Positions 49,913 through 60,389 of a stretch of 64,000 nucleotides of DNA are shown in pieces. Every line of letters begins with the position of its first letter. The stretch's first letter is position 1. The stretch is from Promethearchaeia archaeon (GTDB lineage Archaea > Asgardarchaeota > Lokiarchaeia > Sigyniarchaeales > SOKP01). The DNA lies in contig JAHQWJ010000139.1 in the NCBI GenBank assembly GCA_029856125.1, positions 1 through 64,000 of the forward strand, in the 5' to 3' direction. The translations under genes were made by a program, and so were the position numbers. Below the pieces are notes generated by a model. The model searched no databases and was not told the DNA's origin. It saw only the letters and a list, made by a program, of their open reading frames with translations.

Positions 49913-51857
49913 TATTATTTCCTCCTAAAATTGCATCGTTTGGACATAGGTATTCACAGATACCGCACCCTAAGCATTCATTTGAGTTAATATGAGCGAT
50001 GTCGTTTTTTTTAGTTAACGCAGGACAGTAAAATTGATTGTAACACAAACCACAGTTAGTGCATAATTCTTCGTCAACATACCTTACTTCCAGTGTGTTT
50101 CTTTGATTATATTTTTGGATGCATTCATCTTCAATTACAATAACTTGCATGTCATTTTTCTCTAAGACACTTTGACCTTTTTCATATAAAATTTCTTCCA
50201 GATTATGGAGATAATTCTCATCATTTCCTTTTTGGTGCTTGATTATACTGACATTTGCACCAGTACCTTGTAAAAGCCTCCCTAAATCTACTTTTTTCTT
50301 ATTGGATCCTTCCTGATAATAACGATTATCACTTCCTGGGTGTGGTTGTTGGCCAGTCATCCCGATCCACCCATTATCTAAAATTAATACTAAAATAGGG
50401 GCTTTATTGTAGACACCATTTATTAATGCCGGTATTCCAGAATGAAAAAAAGTGCCATCTCCAATAATAGCAATATTTAAGCTGTCGTCAGTGTGCGCAA
50501 CTCCTTGAGCTAACGCAATACTCGATCCCATACAGTACTTCACGTTAGCAAACGAATACGGCGAGAAAGAAAGAAGTGTATAGCACCCAATATCTTGATA
50601 AAAGTAAATTTCTTTTGCGAAGTCTAATTTTAATTTCTTGACCGCTTTCCTTAAAGCATATCCAATCGTACCGTAAGGACAACCTGGGCATAATATGGGC
50701 CTCCTTCTAACTGTTTCATATCTTTTACCGTTAATTTGCCTTAGGTTTGTTATTGGTGTTAGATTAGTTATTTTTGTTAACGCAAGAGCAACTTTAGTCG
50801 GATTTAATTCTCCAACAAAATTCAATGCTGAACTTTCTTTTGAATAGGAAAATGGATCTTTCCCGTGTATTTTCGTTTGAACGCCGTTCTTTTGAGCAAT
50901 CGCTAAAACTTCTGTTTCGATGTACGCATCGTTTTCTTCTACTACAAATACTTGTTTAAACTGTTTAAGGAATGTAACGATTTTTCTTTCAGGTAGAGGG
51001 TTAATAAAGCCAAGTTTAAGGACAGGTGCTTTTATGTTAAGTGATTCTAGTGCTTCAAGCACATATGTATATGACACTCCACTTGTAATGATTCCTAAAT
51101 CGAATTCATTTGACACATTTTTATATTCGATTTTATTTAAAGAGCTATTTTCTGACTTTGATAATGCTCGATTCATCCTATTATATATCTGATCTTGCTT
51201 CAAATCTAAGAAATAGAGTCTTGACGCTACATTAACCTCAGGTGATAAATCAAAATTTTCGTTAAGTTTAGGTGGTACTAGTTTTCCAACTTTAACATTA
51301 CTCCTTGCGTGAGCCACCATAGTAACCAACCGTATAATTACAGGAATTTTTAACTCCCTTGAAATTTCGAACGCAAGTTTAGTATATTCCAAACATTCTT
51401 GGGGATTACTGGGTTCCAGAGCGGGCACCTTTAATAGTTTCAAGTAATATCTTGAATCCATTTCGACAGCACTGGAATACTGTTGAGGATCGTCAGCAAC
51501 TAAAACAACCATAGCGGAATTTTCATTTTTTGGGCGTGTAGTAGCAAGAGCAAAGAAGGCATCTGAAGCGACGTTCAAACCTACATTTTTCATACCAACC
51601 ATAGCTTTAGCTCCTCGAGAATATGCAGCACCTGCAACTTCAATTGCAACCTTTTCGTTAACGCTACTTTCTACCCAATTCAATCCTGCATCTTTAAATA
51701 ATTCTGTAAAAGTCTCTCCTACTTCTGAACTTGGAGTACCTGGGTAATAGGTGTAAACATTTATACCGCTTTCCAGAGCACCACGAGTAACGGCTACATT
51801 CCCTAAAAGAAAGAATTCTTCACCAAATTGGCCTTGTAAGATTTTGGAGCGTTCCAT
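49905..51857 (-). CDS. iorA: Indolepyruvate:ferredoxin oxidoreductase alpha subunit
   Basis: YPGTPSSE, NEKVA, LCPGCP, DIGCYTL, IGDGTFFHSG, C-terminal ferredoxin. Confidence 0.9.
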   Translation of the reverse strand: MERSKILQGQFGEEFFLLGNVAVTRGALESGINVYTYYPGTPSSEVGETFTELFKDAGLNWVESSVNEKVAIEVAGAAYSRGAKAMVGMKNVGLNVASDAFFALATTRPKNENSAMVVLVADDPQQYSSAVEMDSRYYLKLLKVPALEPSNPQECLEYTKLAFEISRELKIPVIIRLVTMVAHARSNVKVGKLVPPKLNENFDLSPEVNVASRLYFLDLKQDQIYNRMNRALSKSENSSLNKIEYKNVSNEFDLGIITSGVSYTYVLEALESLNIKAPVLKLGFINPLPERKIVTFLKQFKQVFVVEENDAYIETEVLAIAQKNGVQTKIHGKDPFSYSKESSALNFVGELNPTKVALALTKITNLTPITNLRQINGKRYETVRRRPILCPGCPYGTIGYALRKAVKKLKLDFAKEIYFYQDIGCYTLLSFSPYSFANVKYCMGSSIALAQGVAHTDDSLNIAIIGDGTFFHSGIPALINGVYNKAPILVLILDNGWIGMTGQQPHPGSDNRYYQEGSNKKKVDLGRLLQGTGANVSIIKHQKGNDENYLHNLEEILYEKGQSVLEKNDMQVIVIEDECIQKYNQRNTLEVRYVDEELCTNCGLCYNQFYCPALTKKNDIAHINSNECLGCGICEYLCPNDAILGGNNNE

Positions 51858-52021
51858 TGTCTTGTGAAATTACTTTCCTAATTAATTTTTAATTTAGTAA
51901 ATTGTACTTTCACTTGCATTAAACTTTTATATAAATAAAATAAATGCATTTTATCGGTATTAAATTGAATTCTATTACTAATGATACCATCTAAGAGAAA
52001 AAATTAACAATAGCTTGCGAG

Positions 52022-53680
52022 GTGCAAGAATTGGTCAAATACAAAAGAGGTCACCTTTATTATCCCACAATTCCTATCCATAAAGTTTTAGAGGATACTG
52101 CTGAAAGATTTCCGGACAAATTAGCTTTTCTTTACCCTATGGAAATGACTTTCAAACAGTTTAAAGAGCAAGTAGATATCTTCGCTACTGCATTGAAAAA
52201 CTTAGGTGTGAAAAAGGGCGATAGAGTAGCCCTTTATATCCCAAATTCCATCCAGTGGGAAATCGCGTTTTATGGGTTAGAGAAAGCAGGGGCAACAATG
52301 GTGCCCATGAATCCCTTATTTAAAGAAACTGAGGTCAAATACGAAGCTAATGACTCTGGAGCGAAAACTATAGTAGTTTTCCAGCCATTATACCCAATTG
52401 TAGCTGCAGTCAAAGATAAAACAGAACTTAATACAATAATAATAATCGAATCAGAAGAGAATAAGGAGAATCTTAAAATGCCGGAGGGGACCATAGGATG
52501 GTCAGAACTAATGAAAAGTACAAAATCTGATCCTCCAGAATATGTATTCAATCCGAAAGAGGATCTTGCTGCGCTGGTATACACAAGCGGAACTACAGGA
52601 TTACCAAAAGGAACAATGCTTACGCATTACAATATGGTATCAAATGTAGTTCAAGCTAGTACAATGTTCGAGTTAAGTGAATTTGATATCGCCATGACTG
52701 TGCTTCCACTTTATCATATCTATGGCCTTAATGTTTGTATGAACCAGGCTATTTGGTTAGGTGCATCACAGGTTGTGACACCTCGATTCGATGCGAAAGA
52801 GTTTTGTGAGTTGGTAGAAAAATATAGAATTACCTACAGCCTATGTGTCCCTCCAATATTTCTCGCAGTTGTTAGACACTTAGAAGAACCGAGAGTTAAA
52901 GGATACGATTGGGAGGATCTTAAAATTGTTAATAATGGTGGGGCTCCAATTCCGCTAGAACTTCTTGAGAGGTTTTATAAATTAGCAAAAAAGAAATGTA
53001 ACGCTAAAAATGTAACCATCCAACACGGTTGGGGATTAACCGAAGCTTCCCCTGTAGTTGCCGCTAATCCTATGTCTCGACCTAAGATGGAATCCCAAGG
53101 AATTTTAATTCCAGATACTTTTCATAAGATTATCGACTTAGAAACAGGTGAAGAACTACCAAAACGCGGAGATGTTGGTGAGCTTGTTATAAAGGGCCCT
53201 CAAGTTATGAAAGGCTATTGGAACCGATCAGAGGCTACCGAAAGCGCATTTTGGACAGATTCTAAAACCGGAGAAAAATGGTTAAGAACGGGCGATATGG
53301 CATACATAGACGAAGAAGAATACGAACACCTTCTTGATCGGATAAAAGAAATGATTAAATATAAAGGTTGGAGTATCGCACCTGCAGAACTTGAAGACAT
53401 GCTCTTTAACAATCCTCATATCTTTGACGCTGCTGTTATAGGCAAACCATCTAAAGAATTAGATGTAGGAGAAATTCCGAAAGCTTTCATCATTTTAAAA
53501 CCAGAGTCCAAAGGAAAAGTGTCAGAACTAGAAATTATAGATTGGATTGCCGAAAGGATTTCTGCTTACAAAAAGATTCGAGAGGTTGAATTCGTTGATG
53601 AAATTCCAAAATCAGGCTCTGGAAAAATTTTGAGAAGAGAACTGGTCGAATTAGAAAAAAAAAGGCTTGGTATAAAATAA
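52022..53680 (+). CDS. Long-chain acyl-CoA synthetase (AMP-binding)
   Basis: YTSGTTGLPKG, GWGLTEASP, RTGD, PKSGSGKILRR. Confidence 0.9.
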   Translation: MQELVKYKRGHLYYPTIPIHKVLEDTAERFPDKLAFLYPMEMTFKQFKEQVDIFATALKNLGVKKGDRVALYIPNSIQWEIAFYGLEKAGATMVPMNPLFKETEVKYEANDSGAKTIVVFQPLYPIVAAVKDKTELNTIIIIESEENKENLKMPEGTIGWSELMKSTKSDPPEYVFNPKEDLAALVYTSGTTGLPKGTMLTHYNMVSNVVQASTMFELSEFDIAMTVLPLYHIYGLNVCMNQAIWLGASQVVTPRFDAKEFCELVEKYRITYSLCVPPIFLAVVRHLEEPRVKGYDWEDLKIVNNGGAPIPLELLERFYKLAKKKCNAKNVTIQHGWGLTEASPVVAANPMSRPKMESQGILIPDTFHKIIDLETGEELPKRGDVGELVIKGPQVMKGYWNRSEATESAFWTDSKTGEKWLRTGDMAYIDEEEYEHLLDRIKEMIKYKGWSIAPAELEDMLFNNPHIFDAAVIGKPSKELDVGEIPKAFIILKPESKGKVSELEIIDWIAERISAYKKIREVEFVDEIPKSGSGKILRRELVELEKKRLGIK

Positions 53681-53687
53681 AAAAAAA

Positions 53688-54056
53688 TTATATGGCAGTA
53701 GGATCGTTCTGCATAATTCCGGAAATAACACCCTCAGAATCTTTAAAATAAGCTAACCAGCCTACATGAGGCACTGCGTGCTTTGGCCTCACGATTTCGC
53801 CGCCTTTACTTTCGATTTTCTCGATTATATCGTCAATATTAGCTACATCAATAGTGTTTACCACTTTTGGGAAACCTTCTTCTGCGTAACCTAAACCCCC
53901 ATCAATCCCTGTTTCGTCTTCGTCACCAGTCATAATGAGCCAATAATCCATAGGGCCATCCCATTTTTCAAACCTCCAACCAAATACATCTTCATAAAAA
54001 GATATTGCCTTATGAACATCCTTTACATTCATTTCAAAATGCACTAATCTCGGCAT
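53688..54056 (-). CDS. VOC/glyoxalase family protein
   Basis: VHFE, FYEDVFGW, GIDGG, YFKDSEG. Confidence 0.88.
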   Translation of the reverse strand: MPRLVHFEMNVKDVHKAISFYEDVFGWRFEKWDGPMDYWLIMTGDEDETGIDGGLGYAEEGFPKVVNTIDVANIDDIIEKIESKGGEIVRPKHAVPHVGWLAYFKDSEGVISGIMQNDPTAI

Positions 54057-54137
54057 TAAAACACCTCTTAATGTTTTTACATTATAACTTAAAAGTTAAT
54101 TATAAAAAAGTTTTACTTATAATGTAAAAATTCCACT

Positions 54138-54737
54138 CTATACTTTTCTTTCTTTTTTACCTGCCTTCCTTAAAATAATTAAACCAATTATCGCTCCTAT
54201 AATAAAGGGAATGATTATTTGAAGCCACATTAATTCAATAGGTAGCAAGTAAATAGGGGGATGATGTTGTGTAAGGGGTGGTATTGTTCTTAAGTAATAA
54301 GAAATAGCAGAAGTAATCCAATTATAAGACCACGCAATAAAAGTGGCAACTCCTAACCAATTCCATGTCTTATAAATTAATCGCTTATTAAAGTATGATA
54401 GATATGTCTTTAGTATTACTATAACTGCAATGGGAAAACTAGGCCAAAAGTGAAAGTTAAAGCTTAAACTAGTTATTTCAAATGGCGGTGATGCATAGAT
54501 TAAAGATCCAATATACCCCGTGATCCCTGCAAATAATCCCAAAAAGAAGAGCGTTGTAGCAAATCCACCAAAAGCCCTGTGGGATCTAAACAATATATCG
54601 TTTGTTTTTAATAAACCTATCTTTTTCTTCCTAAAACCGGCGTAGTAGCCGGTTGCCGCTTGCACTGTAGCACATAAACACCCTAACATGGTAACAATTG
54701 TGTTAAATTCTGCTGGTTCAGCTGTAAATCCCGCCAT
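54138..54737 (-). CDS. Membrane protein, unknown function
   Basis: About 5 TM segments; SHRAFG and FHFW His-bearing helices. Confidence 0.6.
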   Translation of the reverse strand: MAGFTAEPAEFNTIVTMLGCLCATVQAATGYYAGFRKKKIGLLKTNDILFRSHRAFGGFATTLFFLGLFAGITGYIGSLIYASPPFEITSLSFNFHFWPSFPIAVIVILKTYLSYFNKRLIYKTWNWLGVATFIAWSYNWITSAISYYLRTIPPLTQHHPPIYLLPIELMWLQIIIPFIIGAIIGLIILRKAGKKERKV

Positions 54738-54892
54738 AATTAGTCGATTCCTTATTTTGTGATAAAACTCGCTTAATCAAGAGTATGTTTTAGATTATAA
54801 TAATATATGATATAGTTTAACATTCAGTATAGATTTTTGTTCTTCTTAATAATTTTGATTATACTCTATGAATTGCTCAAATAAGGTTTAAT

Positions 54893-55342
54893 TTATTTTA
54901 TTATTGCCTCGCAAGGAGGTGCGTCCTCTCCAATTGACCATAAGAAAAAATGGGCTCCTGTTGGTCCTAACCACTTAAACTGTTTTGCTATTATTTTCTG
55001 TTTTTCTCCGTAGGGTTTATCTCTAAAAGATTTCAAATAATTGTCAAACGAACTGTGCTTTTCTATTAGTTCAAGAAAAATTTTAGCATTAGAAATTATT
55101 GCTTGTACTTTCTTTCCGTTACGGATAATTTTAGGTGATTCTAACGCATCAGAAATTTCATCTATAGTCCAATTCGAGATAATTTCGGGGTCGAATTCGT
55201 TAAAAACTTCTTTGATACCCTTCCATTTTGTATTCACCACTTGATATGAGAATCCCGCATTAAAAACAGCTTTACTTAAAATTTCAAAGTATCCCTTTTC
55301 GTCATCAGGCTTTTCTTGAGGTGGAATAATTTTGTGCGCCAT
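54893..55342 (-). CDS. DNA-3-methyladenine glycosylase I-like protein
   Basis: FE.LSKAVFNAGFSY, IIRNGKKV.A...NA, FKWLGPT. Confidence 0.75.
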   Translation of the reverse strand: MAHKIIPPQEKPDDEKGYFEILSKAVFNAGFSYQVVNTKWKGIKEVFNEFDPEIISNWTIDEISDALESPKIIRNGKKVQAIISNAKIFLELIEKHSSFDNYLKSFRDKPYGEKQKIIAKQFKWLGPTGAHFFLWSIGEDAPPCEAIIK

Positions 55343-55488
55343 GGTTATTTCGTAAATTTGACAAAATTATACTTTAGGATTATTTTTCATTAAAAGAAAA
55401 CCTCATAAGGTTATTAAAAATTAAGCGTATTAAAAAATAATAATTTTAAAAGATAAATACGATAAGTAAGAATTAAACCAACCAACCC

Positions 55489-56586
55489 TCATGACTCAAA
55501 ATCTAATTTTGTTTGACGAAACTTAATTTCTTGTTCCCTTTTTTTATTTAAGGACTCCTTAAAATGAGTAATCCTTTTTTCAAGGCTTCTCTTAAACGAA
55601 TTGTCAATATTTAGATTATTTAAGACTTCATTAACAATTCGAAAATTATTAAATTCCGCTTTAGACTTAATTACAGGTATTATTATTGAGGTGTCTGACA
55701 AAAAATCATTTATTAAATTTAGGGATAGCTCTAAATGAGGTATCAGATTTTCTTCACTTTCGTGAAAGTTTTTTCCTTCAAGAATTCTCGATTTAATAAC
55801 TTCAACGCGGGGGTATTTTTCGTAAGCATACCCCTTTATCCCTAATTTCAGACAAGCCGCTAAGGTTGAACAGGTCCCCCCAAAGGGGTCTAATACTGTT
55901 TTTGCATCTGGAACCATTTTAATACATTTATGTGGGAGACCTATTGGAAATGGAGCCTCGTGCCCTTTTTTAATCGATGCTCCTGTAGTCTTCATATATG
56001 GGATTAACCATACATTGCCGGGATCTCTTAAATCGGTGTCAGAATACCTTCCAATATTGGATTTATCTGTGTAAGGTATACCAATCGCTTTTGGGTCGAT
56101 CTTGTATTCTTTAGTATTTTTTGCAAAGAGGAAAATATGTTCCCAGAGATTATTTAACCGTCGATTTCCTCCGGAGGGAGTGTAGTGTCCTTTCCCAAGA
56201 AACGATTTAACCCAGATAATATCTTGAATTCGCTTCCAGGATGCGTTTTCAGCAGATTTAGCGACTTTTTCAGATTTCCCTTGATCTCCGGCAGAATCAC
56301 CAATATTCAGAAAGAATAATGCACTTTTTTTTGCTACTCTATAACATTCAGACCAGATGGTAGTTAAGAAGGAATAATATTCAGCATCATCCATTTTATC
56401 ATCATGAATTTCACCGTTATCTGAAGAATATGTTTTTCCACGATTATAAGGGGGAGAAGTTATTACTACATCAATTGATTCGTCCTCTAATTCAGACATG
56501 TGTTCTGACGATTTGAAAAAAATCGTCTGATTTTTAAATTCCAATTTTCCCTCATTAATAATGTTACCTTTTTTTTCTAGTGCCAC
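55489..56586 (-). CDS. DNA amino-methyltransferase, beta class (SPPY)
   Basis: ITSPPYN, IIWVK, HEAPFP, LDPFGGT. Confidence 0.85.
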   Translation of the reverse strand: MALEKKGNIINEGKLEFKNQTIFFKSSEHMSELEDESIDVVITSPPYNRGKTYSSDNGEIHDDKMDDAEYYSFLTTIWSECYRVAKKSALFFLNIGDSAGDQGKSEKVAKSAENASWKRIQDIIWVKSFLGKGHYTPSGGNRRLNNLWEHIFLFAKNTKEYKIDPKAIGIPYTDKSNIGRYSDTDLRDPGNVWLIPYMKTTGASIKKGHEAPFPIGLPHKCIKMVPDAKTVLDPFGGTCSTLAACLKLGIKGYAYEKYPRVEVIKSRILEGKNFHESEENLIPHLELSLNLINDFLSDTSIIIPVIKSKAEFNNFRIVNEVLNNLNIDNSFKRSLEKRITHFKESLNKKREQEIKFRQTKLDFES

Positions 56587-56777
56587 AATTCGTCCTTCCT
56601 ATATGGTTATGCTCAATCTAAGAGAAAGTTTGCATAAAATCTCTCAATCAAGTTGTTTAAAATCCTTTTTAATATTTTAATAGGAAATCGTAATTTATTT
56701 ATTTGAGCCTTATGCTGTTAAAGTTATTTTTAATTTCCTTTCATGGAATTAAAATTTTATTCTATCGAATTCTATAT

Positions 56778-57983
56778 TTACAATATAGCAATAGAATACG
56801 GATATAACCCTACACCCTCTATCCCATCAACCAATACGGCATTTGGGATTACTTTCTTAATTATATTATACCCCGCGTTGACATCGGCATTTATGATAAT
56901 TCCTTTCTTACTTCGAAATAGCCCTCTGTTAATTCGCTTCCCGGCATAGGATTTGTGTTTTTGAATCGATTCGTTATCTAAAAAACTGCATTTAGATGTA
57001 TAAGATTCCTTTTCTAAGATAACATCAATTCCTATTAATTTGGATTTGTATTGAATTTGAGAAATCAATTTGAAATAGGGAAGTTGAACGAATTTTTGGT
57101 TATTTCTCCGCCCCATGTTAACTTTTTGTTTCCAGAAGCGATTATACCCTATAACAATCGTTCCAAAATTATTTACGACACAATGGTTAATAATTTTCCT
57201 TGAAATTTTATGAAATTGGTCGTTAATCTTGTTATTTCGTCTTTGAGTAAGTTTCTGAATTCTTCTCGTTCCAAGCGGGATACCCTGCTTATCTTTAATT
57301 CTATTATATTTTGCAACTTGTTTATTGTAAAATTGATTAGTGGACTTCGCAATACCGCCTTTAATAATTACAGGTTGTAGTCCTGCATTATTTACCATAG
57401 TTACAATATTTGCTAATCCTAAATCAATCCCTAATATTCTTTTTTTATCTACTTTTAGATTTTTTACTTCTTTCTCGTATATAATCTCTACAATATAATA
57501 AAATCCTCTAGGAACGAGCCTTACCTGATGTAATTGGTTTTTAATGCGCGTTTTTATAGGAGATATGGCGACTTTTTTAGGAAAATATAAGTTGCCCTCC
57601 CTGATTCGGCATTGTTGATTAGTGAAAATTAGTGTGAACTCTCCGTTTCTTTTCTTATACTTTGGAGGTCTAGGGCGTCCTTGATACTTTCTTGGTTGTA
57701 CCTTCCAATTTTTAAGAGATTTAAAAAATGATTTCCAATTCTTATCAACTAATCTTAATATCTGCTGAGATGTTTGCGACGGAAGTTTTTGATATGTTTT
57801 TTTATCTTTTAACATATACCATAAATCGTAGTATCTTAACCAGTTTCCTAGATAAAATAATTCTTGCCTTACATAATAATTTGCTACATTATAGAGGTTT
57901 TTGGATAAATGACATAAGCACGAGATGTGTGGTGTCTTTTTTGTTTGAATTTGTTCTGTCAGTCTCATCCCTATGTCTTTCAA
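56778..57983 (-). mobile_element. tnpB: Stand-alone TnpB (IS200/IS605/IS607-type RNA-guided nuclease family); no TnpA nearby
   Basis: SKNLYNVANY, GIDLGLAN (RuvC-I), IVIGYN, ESYTSKC, NADVNAGYNI (RuvC-III); likely start 57968. Confidence 0.88.
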
Positions 57984-58384
57984 TAGATAAATATACTAAT
58001 AAAAAATAAGAGAGTGTAAATTTACAGATAATTTAGAGGGATTTTAAGGAAGATATAAATGAAGGGAAATTAAAATTAATCTGCTGTTAATAAGGTAAAA
58101 TTACGAGACTCATTATCTTTTCAATTTATAGATTTCATATTTAGATAGAGAGCGAATAATTTAAAATTCAGCGAGATCAGGCGGTTTTCTTGATATGAGG
58201 AAATAAGGAAGAACACCAACACATTAAGAGTTTCACAGATACTCCTCTTTGTATAAACAAATCGTTATACAAATTAACATTGGTTTGAGGAATTAAGAGA
58301 ATATAATAGTTACATTTAATAATCTCCAAATTAAACTTTCTATCGGAGAAGAAAGGTTACTTTTTCCAAATGAGGAGGTATAAA

Positions 58385-58555
58385 ATGAATACGGAAGTCA
58401 AACCTTGGGAAGACTCGTTATTATCGTGCCCATTTACGCGTTCGTGCCACCTACCCAAAGCTAAGGAAGTTTGTGACTTTCCTAATTACAAAATGTGCTC
58501 CGATTACCAATCTGGGTTAAATAAACTTAAATCTACTTCTAAGGTATTACATTAA
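58385..58555 (+). CDS. Small Cys-rich protein (56 aa)
   Basis: GAGGAGGT RBS; CPFTRSC...C...C. Confidence 0.6.
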   Translation: MNTEVKPWEDSLLSCPFTRSCHLPKAKEVCDFPNYKMCSDYQSGLNKLKSTSKVLH

Positions 58556-58657
58556 TAGTATAGCAGTCTTATTTTTTAACTTCTTTTTTCATATTACTGA
58601 TTTCAAGTTTATTTAATATGCGACAATTAATTTAGATATTCAAATATCAAATTTTTA

Positions 58658-60004
58658 GTGGAAAAAATGGCTAGACCTAAAGTAGTATTACCAGAAAATG
58701 GAATCTCAGAAGAAGAACTTCTTAAAAAAATGGAAGTAATTCGTGAAGACGACATAAAGTGGAAGGATGGAAAAGTATGGAGCCTCGTGTATCACGCTTC
58801 AGAAAAACACACAGAAATGCTTAAAAAAGCCTCTGCAATGTTTTTTTCAAAGAACGCCCTTAGTCCCATGGCTTTTCCCAGTTTAAAACAATTTGAAACG
58901 GAAGTAATTTCCATGGCAATAGACTTGTTTGGAGGAGATAATAGGTGTTGCGGAAGTATGACCTCGGGTGGAACTGAAAGTCTTTTAATGGCAGTAAAAA
59001 CGTATAGAGATTGGGCACGGGAAAAATTCCCCCATATTAAAGAACCTGAGATGGTTGTACCCAGTTCAGCACATCCATCCTTTGACAAAGCAGCAGATTA
59101 TTTTGGAGTAAAAATAGTTAAAGCACCAGTGGATAAAGAAACTCATCGGGCAGATGTAAAAGCTATGGAAAACGCACTGACCGAGAACACTATACTAATG
59201 GTCGGTTCTGCGTGTGATTTTCCAAGGGGCGTAGTGGATCCCATCTCCGAACTCGCATCTATTGCTCGCGAACGAGGCATTGGAATGCATGTTGATGCGT
59301 GTCTTGGAGGTTTTATGCTTCCTTTTGTAAAGAAACTTGGAAATAATATTCCTGATTTTGATTTCTCAGTCCCGGGAGTGACCTCTATTTCGGCAGATGT
59401 CCACAAGTATGGGTATGGAGCAAAGGGTGCCTCTACAATAATGTATCGCAAAGAAAGAGTGTGGAAGCATCAATTTTCAGTCTATACGGACTGGTCAGGT
59501 GGCATTTATATATCTCCTTCTATGAGAGGCACTCGGCCTGGCGGTCCAATTGCTGCAGCATGGGCTTCAATGAAGGCTTTAGGAAACGATGGTTATTTAC
59601 AGCTGGCTAAAATCGTCATGAAGGCTACCAAAGAATTAATTGACGGAATTAATCAAATCCCTGAACTATATATTATTGGAGACCCGGTAATGAGCGTTTT
59701 CTCCTTTACATCTGACATAGTGGACATCTATAATTTAGGAGACATAATGGATAAAAAAGGGTGGCATTTAGACCGAATTCAATTTCCAAACGCTTTACAC
59801 ATGATGGTTAATCCTCACCATGCTAGTATAGTAGCTACATTCTTGAACGATCTTAAGGACGCTGTTAAAGATATTAAGGAGCATCCCGAAGCATCTTCAG
59901 ATGGGGATGCTGCTATATACGGTATGGTAGCAAGTTTACCGGACCGAAATAAAGTCAAAGACTACATAACCAATTTCTTAAAAGCCCAATATAAAATTAA
60001 ATAA
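58658..60004 (+). CDS. PLP-dependent enzyme, sphingosine-1-phosphate lyase-like
   Basis: TSGGTES, AHPSFDKAA, HVDACLGG, ISADVHKYG, GTRPGG. Confidence 0.8.
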   Translation: MEKMARPKVVLPENGISEEELLKKMEVIREDDIKWKDGKVWSLVYHASEKHTEMLKKASAMFFSKNALSPMAFPSLKQFETEVISMAIDLFGGDNRCCGSMTSGGTESLLMAVKTYRDWAREKFPHIKEPEMVVPSSAHPSFDKAADYFGVKIVKAPVDKETHRADVKAMENALTENTILMVGSACDFPRGVVDPISELASIARERGIGMHVDACLGGFMLPFVKKLGNNIPDFDFSVPGVTSISADVHKYGYGAKGASTIMYRKERVWKHQFSVYTDWSGGIYISPSMRGTRPGGPIAAAWASMKALGNDGYLQLAKIVMKATKELIDGINQIPELYIIGDPVMSVFSFTSDIVDIYNLGDIMDKKGWHLDRIQFPNALHMMVNPHHASIVATFLNDLKDAVKDIKEHPEASSDGDAAIYGMVASLPDRNKVKDYITNFLKAQYKIK

Positions 60005-60028
60005 TTTTAAAATCCTATTTTTATTAAT

Positions 60029-60367
60029 ATGAAGCTAAACAGATTAAAATCTATAGTTAACGATGGTGTAAGAACGTCCATTTCTAGCTCAAATGGTAAT
60101 TATTTACTTGATCCTTTTGAACATTATACACCTAAAGTAGAAATTAATATAGATTTGAAAAATAAGACGTTCACACCTGAATTAGAGGGGGACGCCGTTG
60201 AAACGTATTATAGCGCTATTTGTGACTGGTTTCATGAAGTGTTACCAAAAGAAGGAATCCCAATCGATGTAATCGATAGCGCAATTCTAAATATTTCTCC
60301 GAATGGAAAAGAATGTATTATAAAAGCTAACAAAAGAGAATTTAGATCTTTCTATTCATTTAAATGA
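60029..60367 (+). CDS. Hypothetical protein
   Basis: ORF 24 nt downstream of the lyase, same strand. Confidence 0.55.
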   Translation: MKLNRLKSIVNDGVRTSISSSNGNYLLDPFEHYTPKVEINIDLKNKTFTPELEGDAVETYYSAICDWFHEVLPKEGIPIDVIDSAILNISPNGKECIIKANKREFRSFYSFK

Positions 60368-60389
60368 AAATACCATAAAGCAACATCAA

